Source: Desulfobacteraceae bacterium
GTDB taxonomy: Bacteria; Desulfobacterota; Desulfobacteria; Desulfobacterales; Desulfosalsimonadaceae
Direction: 5' to 3'
Assembly (NCBI GenBank): GCA_021737045.1
Contig: JAIPES010000002.1
Location: 4,641-68,640 of the forward strand
DNA: 64,000 nucleotides
Position numbers and translations under genes: made by a program. Below the pieces are notes generated by a model. It was not told the DNA's origin, did not search any database, and worked only from the letters and a program-made list of their open reading frames with translations. This document shows positions 9,587-18,141 of this stretch, piece after piece. Numbering within the stretch: position 1 is the first letter of the stretch; each line of letters opens with the position of its first letter.

Positions 9587-11359
9587 TTATCTTAAACCTC
9601 CGGCCTGATCATGATTTTGCCTTCCCTCATCCACACCGGCCACTGCCATGTATTTCAGCTCGTAGAGGATGTCGGTGACGTTAACATTTTGCGGGCAATG
9701 CTCCTGGCACTGGTAGCATGTCAGGCAATCCCATATCATTTTTGCGCCCATGGCTGTTTCGGTCAGTCCCAGTCCGAGGCTGCACATGATCTGGTGGGGC
9801 AGCAGTCCGAGCTGCTCCTGGGGATCTTCGTAATTGCCCACCACCGGGCATACAGTGGAGCAGTTCTGGCATCCGAAACAATAGGAAAACGTATTTTCAA
9901 AGCCGCTGGCCTGCTGCCGGTCGGCCGCAGGCGGGGTCAGGTCAATGGAACGCTCCGGATCCAGCAGGGGCCGGTATTTTGCTGAAACCGCATTGTCGGC
10001 TTTTTCCAGCGGCAGGGGATAACTGTCAGCCGGGGTCTTTTTGCGGTTCAGCCCCCTGACAAATGAAAGCTGGGAAAGCACCAGCGGTTCTGCAGGTCCC
10101 TGCTGCAACAGTTTTTCCCTGGCATTGAGCCACAGCTGCCGCAGGTTGATGCCCGAGGGGCAGACCACGGTGCACCTGTCGCAGTTGGTGCACAGATAAA
10201 TCCCTTCCAAAATGGCCCGGGTTTCGGCTTCATTCAGATCCCTTCCGGCTGCCAGAGCCTTCAGAGGCGCTATTTTCTCTGATGGCAGGATATAGGTGTT
10301 CTGCCTTGCTTCATAGCCCATCATAGCAGAGCAGTACAGGCTGCAGGTGCAGCAGTGGGTGCAGGCATCCAGTTCTATGATCTGCCGGGTGGCTACATTC
10401 TCCGGTTTTGATTTTTTTTCATCCATCACCGCATTGGCCATGATGGTGACGGGCGTTGAAAAGATATGCAGCATTTTGCTGAAAGGCAGGTATGCCAGCC
10501 CGATAAAACAGGACAGAAAATGAATATACCACAATATGCCCACAAAACCGGCCCGGTCCATGGCACCGGCGGCCGGACTGAGGACCTTTCCGGTGGAATA
10601 GCTTGCAAAGGCCGATTTCGCCGGGGCATGGCAGTAAGCACAATAGCTTTCATGGGCCTGTTTGCCCTGATCCAGCACATCGGCTTCAAACGGCCGGGTC
10701 ACATCCGAAGACACAAGCCCGTAATCGCTTACCCAGTAGCTTTCCAGGGCCTGAAGTTCTTCGTCGCTGAGCCAGCCGGCGTACTCTTCCGCCATATTGG
10801 AAAATTCAGTTTTGGATGTAATCTTTAACCCCGACAGCAAAAACCCCGAGAGGATGATCACTGCCAGGATGCCGATGGCATACTTGTCCATGCTGCTTGT
10901 CATCAGCCTTGGTATCTTGAGGAAAAACCGCCGGATCACGGCAACAACGACCCCGGCAAGAACCATGAGGCCAAACAGGTCCCGGAGAAAAAAATAGGGA
11001 TTCAGGGTGGGTTCATAGTTGCTGAAAAGCGCATCTGTGACAATGCGGCCCAGGGCGTGCATAAACAAAAGCAGGATAAAACCCCAGAAGATGAGCATGT
11101 GCATGGCCCACCGAAGAACGCTTTCCTTTAAGATCTTTCGCTGCAGCAGCACATCAAGGACAAAAGCCTGTAGCAGCGTGACAATTTTTGTGCTGAAGAT
11201 AACTGCAAGCATTGACTTCAGCGCTGAAAAAAATCTTTCCGAAGCGCTCATCTTCTGCCCGTAAAACCCGGCCTCCCGTTGAAACCAGGTACCGCCCCTG
11301 TATATCAGCCCCAAAAAAAATATGATTAAAGAGGCATATAGGGATACCGTGAAAACCAT
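9587..11359 (-). CDS. Membrane NarI-like cytochrome b fused to two HdrC-like 2x[4Fe-4S] domains, with a CxxCH motif
   Basis: TM helices with His pairs (MHMLIFWG...FMH and IHF...SKMLH), CAYCH in an inter-helix loop, four CxxCxxCxxxC motifs. Confidence 0.85.
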   Translation of the reverse strand: MVFTVSLYASLIIFFLGLIYRGGTWFQREAGFYGQKMSASERFFSALKSMLAVIFSTKIVTLLQAFVLDVLLQRKILKESVLRWAMHMLIFWGFILLLFMHALGRIVTDALFSNYEPTLNPYFFLRDLFGLMVLAGVVVAVIRRFFLKIPRLMTSSMDKYAIGILAVIILSGFLLSGLKITSKTEFSNMAEEYAGWLSDEELQALESYWVSDYGLVSSDVTRPFEADVLDQGKQAHESYCAYCHAPAKSAFASYSTGKVLSPAAGAMDRAGFVGILWYIHFLSCFIGLAYLPFSKMLHIFSTPVTIMANAVMDEKKSKPENVATRQIIELDACTHCCTCSLYCSAMMGYEARQNTYILPSEKIAPLKALAAGRDLNEAETRAILEGIYLCTNCDRCTVVCPSGINLRQLWLNAREKLLQQGPAEPLVLSQLSFVRGLNRKKTPADSYPLPLEKADNAVSAKYRPLLDPERSIDLTPPAADRQQASGFENTFSYCFGCQNCSTVCPVVGNYEDPQEQLGLLPHQIMCSLGLGLTETAMGAKMIWDCLTCYQCQEHCPQNVNVTDILYELKYMAVAGVDEGRQNHDQAGGLR

Positions 11360-11411
11360 ACCAGAACCTCCGCAATGACATGTTAATCAAAAATTTGTAT
11401 TCAGACCGGCT

Positions 11412-11440
11412 AACCTATATCGATTGTCGGAACAAGTCAA
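11412..11440 (-). promoter_or_regulatory. Putative sigma-70 promoter of the hdr operon
   Basis: TTGACT-17 bp-TAGGTT on the minus strand, about 50 bp upstream of the first hdr gene. Confidence 0.4.
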
Positions 11441-11693
11441 GCATAAGCTCACAACAACATCGGTTGCCGGTGAAAGATTGCTGAAGAAAATGGGCTGGTT
11501 TTCCGATAGGGTCAGGGCTGCTTTATGTTCATCTTGTCCAGGCGCTTTTATCTGTTTAGCAGGATTTAGAGATGGGCTATGGGTTTATGTCGGAGATCTC
11601 CCGGACGATCAAGGACCGTCTAAAGGTGAAAAACATCCAGTATCTGGATATTTATAAGTAACGCCGCAGCCGGAAAAACCTGACAGACGCCGG

Positions 11694-12197
11694 TTAAAAC
11701 GTCTTGCCGATGCCCACCCCGAAGTGGAAACGGGGAAAACTGTTTTCCCTGGGCTCAAAAACCCAGAAGTCACCTTTGACAACCGGGTGCGCGTATTCAT
11801 ATTCTCCGATCATGCGCTTTTCAGCGCCGGCAAGGCGGCCTGCGGCCGTCACCAGTTTGCCGGGCGCATAGATTTCCGGATCAATAAAGGCCTTGGATCG
11901 GATCAGAAACCGGCCGCCCGAGGGCTTTTCCGGCTGCGGGCGGTTTGAAGCATCCAGGGGAAACTGCAGCACCGCGATTTCTGATTTATCCGGGAAATTT
12001 TTCGTGGCGATAATCCTGCCGCCAACCATCACAAACTCTCCGGCATGGGTTTCAGCCTCGGCCTGCAGGGTTTTAAAATCCCCGGTCCATGTGACCTGCC
12101 GGGCAACTTCCCGGGGCACTTTCGGCCCGCATCCGCAGCCCAACATTACCGGCAAAATCAATGCGCACAAAAATATAAAAAACCGTTTGACTGACAC
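11694..12197 (-). CDS. Slp-family outer-membrane lipoprotein
   Basis: Signal peptide with lipobox-like LGCGC; motifs GGRII, LQFPLD, GGRFL, FIDPEIY..G..VT.AG. Confidence 0.85.
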   Translation of the reverse strand: MSVKRFFIFLCALILPVMLGCGCGPKVPREVARQVTWTGDFKTLQAEAETHAGEFVMVGGRIIATKNFPDKSEIAVLQFPLDASNRPQPEKPSGGRFLIRSKAFIDPEIYAPGKLVTAAGRLAGAEKRMIGEYEYAHPVVKGDFWVFEPRENSFPRFHFGVGIGKTF

Positions 12198-12357
12198 GAC
12201 ACAACTCCTTTTTTCCGGCCGGGGCCTTGAAACAACCCAGACCCGTGTATATTTTCAATATAACATGAATATTTATTTTGAAAAGGAAAACAGTCTTCTC
12301 CGCCATCCTGACAAACAGACTGTTTTCCGGCAATCTTTTGAAAATCCGGATACGACA

Positions 12358-12936
12358 ATGACAACAAATTATCGACCTTCGGCCAAAATCATTGCAATTT
12401 TGTTCTCCACCTTGCTGGCGCTGTTTTTTTCCGGATGTTCGGTTGTTTCCAGAGACGTCCGCACCAGTGCCGCAACCGGGTTAAACTTTGCCGCCCTGAA
12501 GCAAAATCCGGGCGCACACATTGACAAAACCGTGATTCTGGGCGGCTATATCCTGGAAACCCGCAACCTGGCCGATCAAACCCGGCTCATAATACTTCAG
12601 GCGCCTCTGGATTTCGTTGATGAGCCCAAATCCAGGGACTTGTCCCGCGGCCGTTTTATACTGATTCATGAGGGTTTTCTGGATCCTGAGATTTATGAAA
12701 AAGACCGGAAAATCACCGTGGCCGGTCGGGTTACAGGGTCAGAAAAAACCCGAATCAGCGAACATGACTACACCCTGCCCGTGATCCGTGCCGTGGAAAT
12801 CCATCTCTGGAAAAAACCCCGGCAGCGGAGGGATCTCTATTACCATGACCCGTTTTACGACCCGTTCTATGACCCCTTTTACCCGTGGTACGGCCCGAGG
12901 CTTCGTTACTGGTATCATCCCTACTATTACCGATAG
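12358..12936 (+). CDS. Slp-family outer-membrane lipoprotein
   Basis: Lipobox FSGC; motifs LGGYI, LQAPLD, SRGRF and FLDPEIY...RKITVAG; Tyr/Pro-rich tail. Confidence 0.85.
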   Translation: MTTNYRPSAKIIAILFSTLLALFFSGCSVVSRDVRTSAATGLNFAALKQNPGAHIDKTVILGGYILETRNLADQTRLIILQAPLDFVDEPKSRDLSRGRFILIHEGFLDPEIYEKDRKITVAGRVTGSEKTRISEHDYTLPVIRAVEIHLWKKPRQRRDLYYHDPFYDPFYDPFYPWYGPRLRYWYHPYYYR

Positions 12937-13151
12937 GCTCGCGCTTACCCGTAGTGGACAGCCAGCCAGATGGTTTCAGCGCCAGGATCCGTCCATGTCA
13001 CCTTATGCCGGGTGCGGGCTGAAAAGATCAATCCGGTCAACCCGCCGCATGCCGGGCTCATTCCGGGTTGCCAGATTTTGCGCTTTATGCTAAACACAGC
13101 CGAAACAGGTAACCGAAAAAAACCACCCGAATATGATCATCAGATAACAAA

Positions 13152-13946
13152 ATGCATCTTTTTGATACAGATATTTCAGTTGCCGCAAACCCGCAGGACG
13201 GTTTTCAGGCTGCGGTTTCAGACAACTGGTCAATCAACGGCAACCCCAACGGCGGATATCTGCTGGCCATTCTGGCCAGCGCCATGACCGGCTGCAGTGA
13301 CAAATCCGCCACCCCAATCCTTACGGTCAACTATATGTCAAAAACGGTTCCGGGCCCGGCAAAAATTGCCGTTGAAACAATGAACCGCTCCAGACAGTTT
13401 ACCCGCCTCCAGGCCCGGCTGGTCCAATCGGGAACCGAAACCGCCCGGGCCTTTGGCACTTTTTCCGTGACCCCGGACGAATGCGAAATCCGGCGATACG
13501 AGACCGACCCCCCGGAACTTGCCCCACCGGAGCGCTGCATCCGGATTCCCGCAATGCCCGGATACACTGTATACGAGCACATGGAAGCCCGCCTGGATCC
13601 CTGCTGTGCCGGATGGATGGAAAACCGGCTCTCAGAACGCTCAGAGCAAAAGGGCTGGCTGCGGTTTAAGCACAAACGCCCGTTTGACGTTTTTGCAGCC
13701 GCCCTGGCAGCAGACGCCTTTCCCCCGGCTGTGCTGGCCAGCCAGGGCATGGTGGCATGGGTGCCCACCCTTGAATTGAGTGTCAGCATCCGCAATACAA
13801 CCGAGACCCAATGGCTCAAATGCCGGTTTTCCACCCGGTTTATCAATTGCGGCCTGCTTGAGGAAGACGGTGATATCTGGGATGAAAACAACGAACTGAT
13901 CGCCGTATCCCGCCAGATCGCCCAGTTCAGAAACCTTTCCCCATAG
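13152..13946 (+). CDS. Thioesterase family protein (double hot-dog, TesB-like)
   Basis: Motifs W...G.PNGGYL, ADAFPP, WVPTLELSV and EEDG.IWD...L.A.SRQ.A. Confidence 0.85.
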   Translation: MHLFDTDISVAANPQDGFQAAVSDNWSINGNPNGGYLLAILASAMTGCSDKSATPILTVNYMSKTVPGPAKIAVETMNRSRQFTRLQARLVQSGTETARAFGTFSVTPDECEIRRYETDPPELAPPERCIRIPAMPGYTVYEHMEARLDPCCAGWMENRLSERSEQKGWLRFKHKRPFDVFAAALAADAFPPAVLASQGMVAWVPTLELSVSIRNTTETQWLKCRFSTRFINCGLLEEDGDIWDENNELIAVSRQIAQFRNLSP

Positions 13947-14112
13947 ACCGCAAACCGGCTGTTCCTGGATTTCTCCTCACCCTATCAAAAACTGCCGATA
14001 TTTTTCCTGCAAATTGCAATTCTGACAGATGCGGTTACCTTTTCCTGCAAAGACCCGTGGTTTTGTGCCGGGCGGGTTTTATTCAAATCCATTGCAGAAA
14101 AGGAGATCGGAA

Positions 14113-14709
14113 ATGAAAAAACTGATTTTACCGGCCCTGTTGCTGTTTTTGGCAATGGCATCCATTGGATCCGCACGGACGCAGGCCGACGGCTGGCAGA
14201 TTGACAAGGCGCATTCCAACATTTATTTCAACATCCGGCACACTTTTGCCGTGGTCCGGGGTCAATTTGACGATTTTACCGGGGTCGTCGGCTTTCATCC
14301 CGACCGGATAGAAGACGGCCACGTGGAATTCAAGGCGGATGTAGCCAGCATCAACACCGGCATTGACCAGCGCGACGCGCACCTGCGTACGGCAGACTTT
14401 TTTGATGCGGAAAAATTTGCGTTCATGGCATTTAAAAGCAGCCGAATCCGCCATGTCAAAGACGACCAGTATATCCTGGAAGGCGAACTGACCGTAAAAG
14501 GCGTTTCAAAGCAGGTTGAAATACCGTTTGCGTATCTGGGCATGCGGGAAAACCCCATGGACCCAAAACAGATGGTGGCCGGTTTTGAAGCGGATTTTCA
14601 CATCAACCGCCTGGATTACAATGTGGGCTCAGGCAAATTTGCCGACATGGGGGTTGTGGGCAAAACCGTTGATATCACCGTCACCATAGAGATGCTAAAG
14701 GACAGATAA
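14113..14709 (+). CDS. YceI-family periplasmic lipid/polyisoprenoid-binding protein
   Basis: Signal peptide; motifs W.ID.AHS, SINTG...RD.HL..ADFFD and G.LT.KGV. Confidence 0.9.
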   Translation: MKKLILPALLLFLAMASIGSARTQADGWQIDKAHSNIYFNIRHTFAVVRGQFDDFTGVVGFHPDRIEDGHVEFKADVASINTGIDQRDAHLRTADFFDAEKFAFMAFKSSRIRHVKDDQYILEGELTVKGVSKQVEIPFAYLGMRENPMDPKQMVAGFEADFHINRLDYNVGSGKFADMGVVGKTVDITVTIEMLKDR

Positions 14710-14814
14710 CCAGGAAACCGCCTCCCGGATGATGGGCTTACCGGAGCAGGCATGAAGGCCGCAACCGGGTGGTGTTCCATGGTGCATGAAAAAAACCGGC
14801 CGCCGGCCGGCTTA

Positions 14815-16203
14815 TTATAAGCCGGCCAGGGGATCGTGTTTGACAAACGGTTTTAACATGTAAGTGATATCGCTTTCCCGTGTTGGATAAGGGGTCATGA
14901 CATGCTCCCAGTAGAGCTGGCCGACATCCTGGCGATGAATCATGGCCTGTTTGAAAATGTTGATCAGGCCGGCGGCATTATCGGAAATAATATGCGTCCC
15001 GGCAATCCGGTTGTTGTGATCCACCAGCACCTTGTAAGCAGCATGCTTCATCCCGGTGCGCCGGTAGGTGGGCCAGGACAGGTTGGTGGCCATTGCCCTG
15101 GAATACCGGATGCCTTCTGACCTCAGGGCCTCTTCTGTGGCTCCCACCATGGCGTACTGCGGCAGGGTAAACAAAACCGAAGGCACGGCCCGATAATCCA
15201 TGCCAGCTTCCTGCCCGCCGCGGAGTTCGGCCAGGATGTTTTTTGCCGCCACACAGGCCTCATAGTCCGCCACCCGCGCCAACTGAACCGTATCCGCGCA
15301 GTCGCCCGCGGCAAAGACCCGGGCATTGGCGGTGCGCATTTTTTCATCCACAACAATGCCGCGGCGGGTAAAATCCACAGAGCCCTTTTCCAGCTCCAGG
15401 TCCGCGATGGCAGGTGCGCGCCCGGCGCCGTGCACCACCATGTCCGCGTAAAGATCCTTTTTGCCCGGGGTTTTGACCACATAGCCCTGGTTGTTTTTCT
15501 CAATACCGGTGATTTCCGTATCCGTAAGAATATCAATACCCTCTGCCCGGGAAGCGTCCATGAGATGGGCCGTCATTTCTCCGTCAAAGGGGCCCAGGGG
15601 GCGGGGGCCGGCTTCAAGAATATGAATCTGCCGGGCCGGACCCAGACGCGCGGCAAAATGGGCAAATTCAAAGGAGATAAACCCGCCGCCCACAAAGGCG
15701 ATTCTGGGCGGAAGCCCGTCGAGCTCCAGGAACTGGCTGCTGCTGACCAGGTACCGGGCACCTTCAAACGGCAAAGGGGCCGGACGGGCGCCGGTTGCCA
15801 GAACAATAAATTTTGATTTCAGCGGTTGTCCGTCCACCGTCAGGGTCTCAGGATCGCGGAATGCCGCAGTGCCGGCGATAAAATCAATGCCTGCGGCGTC
15901 AAGGCCTTTTCGGGTGGAATCCGGGACAGCGCCGGTAAAGGCCCGTTTTTGAGCCCGAACCGATTTCCAGTCCATCTCCGGGAGCGCAACCACGCCTTTT
16001 CCAGACAGGTCACGGCCCCGGGCCATTGTTTCTGCAGCCTCGTAATACCATTTCTTGGCCTGGCAACCGGCCAGGGCGCAAACCCCGCCGGGCGTGGAAC
16101 TGTTTTCCACCACAGCAACAGATACTCCATATTGGCTCAGGCTATGGGCTGCGGTCTGCCCGCCGGTGCCGGAACCCACAACCACCACATCATATGATTT
16201 CAC
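14815..16203 (-). CDS. Pyridine nucleotide-disulfide oxidoreductase (glutathione reductase/RclA-like)
   Basis: GSGTGG FAD motif, GGVCALAGC redox disulfide, GGGFIS NAD(P) motif, FAAGD, C-terminal YPT. Confidence 0.85.
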   Translation of the reverse strand: MKSYDVVVVGSGTGGQTAAHSLSQYGVSVAVVENSSTPGGVCALAGCQAKKWYYEAAETMARGRDLSGKGVVALPEMDWKSVRAQKRAFTGAVPDSTRKGLDAAGIDFIAGTAAFRDPETLTVDGQPLKSKFIVLATGARPAPLPFEGARYLVSSSQFLELDGLPPRIAFVGGGFISFEFAHFAARLGPARQIHILEAGPRPLGPFDGEMTAHLMDASRAEGIDILTDTEITGIEKNNQGYVVKTPGKKDLYADMVVHGAGRAPAIADLELEKGSVDFTRRGIVVDEKMRTANARVFAAGDCADTVQLARVADYEACVAAKNILAELRGGQEAGMDYRAVPSVLFTLPQYAMVGATEEALRSEGIRYSRAMATNLSWPTYRRTGMKHAAYKVLVDHNNRIAGTHIISDNAAGLINIFKQAMIHRQDVGQLYWEHVMTPYPTRESDITYMLKPFVKHDPLAGL

Positions 16204-16370
16204 CCCGCACCTCCTTTGCCGGTTTTTGCTCCAGGATCATTTTTACTGAGCCGTTTAAGGTCATTATTACCATTTCCCGCAACAGTTGCAAATATCCACA
16301 GCAATCCAAACGGCAATCCTGCACAAAAGAAAGGCGCTTGAAAAATCCAAAAATCAGTTAAAATTTATAA

Positions 16371-16406
16371 ATTATAATAACTATAATAATTATAAAAACT
16401 AAAAGC
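16371..16406. repeat. Four 9-bp phased direct repeats in the AT-rich divergent promoter region
   Basis: ATTATAATA ACTATAATA ATTATAAAA ACTAAAAGC; a second phased set has cores at 16511, 16520 and 16529. Confidence 0.55.
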
Positions 16407-16493
16407 CAACTTTGAACTTTGTTTCTCGAATAAAAATTTAAACCTATAAATAAAGCATGTTAAAATTTTTTTAAAAAAAATTTAATTTTTTTC

Positions 16494-16522
16494 TTGACAC
16501 GCTTAAAACCTATAATTAATAT
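16494..16522 (+). promoter_or_regulatory. Sigma-70 promoter of the regulator-metF-nuo operon
   Basis: TTGACA (16494-16499), 17 bp, TAATAT (16517-16522); GGAGGAGG RBS downstream. Confidence 0.55.
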
Positions 16523-16566
16523 AAAACTTAAAAAGTCAACCCTTTTTCGAAGGGAGGAGGCCCGCC

Positions 16567-17139
16567 ATGGACGAAGTTTTCACCGTATTTAAAGCCAGCA
16601 AACACTGCAATGTCTCTCCCAAAACCATTATCAACTGGATTGACGCCGGCCACATAAAGGCCTACCGCACCCCCGGCGGCCACCGCCGCATCAACCGCAG
16701 GGATCTCGAAGAATTCATGCGCAAGCAGGGCATTCCCATCCCGGAAACCGTGGAGGAAGACGACCGCAGACGGATCCTGGTGGTCGATGATGATCCCATC
16801 ATTGTTGAAAGCATTGTCCAGTCCCTTGAAGAAGACGAGCATGACTACGAGGTCATATCCGCGGCAGACGGCTTTGAAGCCGGCCTTCAGGTCAATCACT
16901 TCAAACCCCACCTGCTGATTCTCGACATCATGATGCCGGATATCAAAGGATATGACGTCTGCCAGAAAATCAAAAGCAACAGGGAAACCAGCGACACCAA
17001 GATCGTTGTGCTGTCGGCTTATCTGGATGAGGAAAAATTCCAGCAAATGAAGGAATACGGTGCGGATGCCTGCTTTTCCAAGCCGCTTCCCCTCTCCCAG
17101 CTCAAGGAGGAAGTGGCGCGGCTGCTGGGCCCTGCATAA
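16567..17139 (+). CDS. Response regulator with an N-terminal excisionase/MerR-like HTH
   Basis: VSPKTIINWIDAGHIKAYRTPGGHRRI HTH; receiver domain with VDDD, LDIMMP and SKP. Confidence 0.9.
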   Translation: MDEVFTVFKASKHCNVSPKTIINWIDAGHIKAYRTPGGHRRINRRDLEEFMRKQGIPIPETVEEDDRRRILVVDDDPIIVESIVQSLEEDEHDYEVISAADGFEAGLQVNHFKPHLLILDIMMPDIKGYDVCQKIKSNRETSDTKIVVLSAYLDEEKFQQMKEYGADACFSKPLPLSQLKEEVARLLGPA

Positions 17140-17184
17140 ATCCGACGCTCTGCCGCCGGAACCCCTAATTTCAAGGAGGCATTC

Positions 17185-18060
17185 ATGAAATTAAAACAAG
17201 CCCTTGAAAAAAAACAATTTGCAGTCACCACCGAAGTTCAGGCACCCATTGAACAAGAACCCGAGGATCTGGTCAAAAGCTTAAACCTCATCCGGGGACG
17301 GGTTGACGGGGTGTCGCTTTCTGAAGTGGAATTCCAGGGTATCGTGGGAGATACCATCAAAACGTGCCAGACCCTCAAGGAAAACCGCTTTGAATCCATC
17401 TACCAGACCACCACCCGGGACAAAAACCGGATCCAGCTCCAAAAGGACCTCATATCAGCCCATCACGCCGGCATTGAAAACCTGCTGGTATTTACCGAGG
17501 ACTATCGGATCACCGGCGACAGTCTCCAGGAAATGATGTTTTTCCACGTGGATGCCGGAAAACTCCAGTCCGTGCTCGAGCATTTCAGAGACGGCCGCGG
17601 TATTGAGGGCCAGGAGATCGAGGTGCAGCCCAACTTCTGCCTTGGCTCCGGGGTGGAGGCCGCCTGGGGCAAAAACGTGCCCGACCTGGAGTTAAAGGAA
17701 ATGGAGGAGATGACAAAGATGGGGGCGGGCTATTTTCTGACCACCCCGGTCTTTGATTTGGAGCGGTTTGACAAATTTCTGTCGCGCACCAACACGTTCG
17801 GCGTGCCTGTGATTGCAGAGGTGCTGATTTTACGGACTGCCGGAATGGCCCGGTTTTTAAACCGGCATCTCAAATCCGGCCTGGTGCCGGACTGGGCCAT
17901 CCAGAAGCTGGCCAAGGCCACAGACAAGGACAGAGCCAGCATCGAGCTGTTTGCCGATACCGTCAAGGGTCTCAAGGATCTGTGCGACGGCATCCATATC
18001 ATCACCATCGGAGGCGAAGACAAACTCCGGCATTACCTGGATGCCGCCAAGCTCAGGTAA
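17185..18060 (+). CDS. Divergent methylenetetrahydrofolate reductase (MetF) paralog
   Basis: Aligns along its full length to the MetF at 25190 (TTEV, TTRDKNRIQLQ, MARFLN, CDGIHI) but has substituted active-site motifs. Confidence 0.8.
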   Translation: MKLKQALEKKQFAVTTEVQAPIEQEPEDLVKSLNLIRGRVDGVSLSEVEFQGIVGDTIKTCQTLKENRFESIYQTTTRDKNRIQLQKDLISAHHAGIENLLVFTEDYRITGDSLQEMMFFHVDAGKLQSVLEHFRDGRGIEGQEIEVQPNFCLGSGVEAAWGKNVPDLELKEMEEMTKMGAGYFLTTPVFDLERFDKFLSRTNTFGVPVIAEVLILRTAGMARFLNRHLKSGLVPDWAIQKLAKATDKDRASIELFADTVKGLKDLCDGIHIITIGGEDKLRHYLDAAKLR

Positions 18061-18141
18061 GGCGTTGCCAGCCGGCGCGTAAATACGGCAATGCTTTTTC
18101 AACGGCCCTTTCAAAACATCAGAAGCAAAAGGAGCCGCCCC

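Noticed and set aside
11572-11661. 29-codon ORF MGYGFMSEISRTIKDRLKVKNIQYLDIYK in the hdr-slp spacer
   Set aside because: Weak RBS and no recognisable family; cannot be supported from sequence alone.
11893-12357. N-terminal extension of the 347-aa ORF; similar extensions on korA, uvrA, ettA and the 26979 ORF
   Set aside because: They overlap neighbouring genes, and downstream starts with an RBS or signal peptide fit the families better.
14815-16203. Mercuric reductase MerA
   Set aside because: It lacks the C-terminal Cys-Cys pair and the N-terminal HMA domain, and there is no mer operon.
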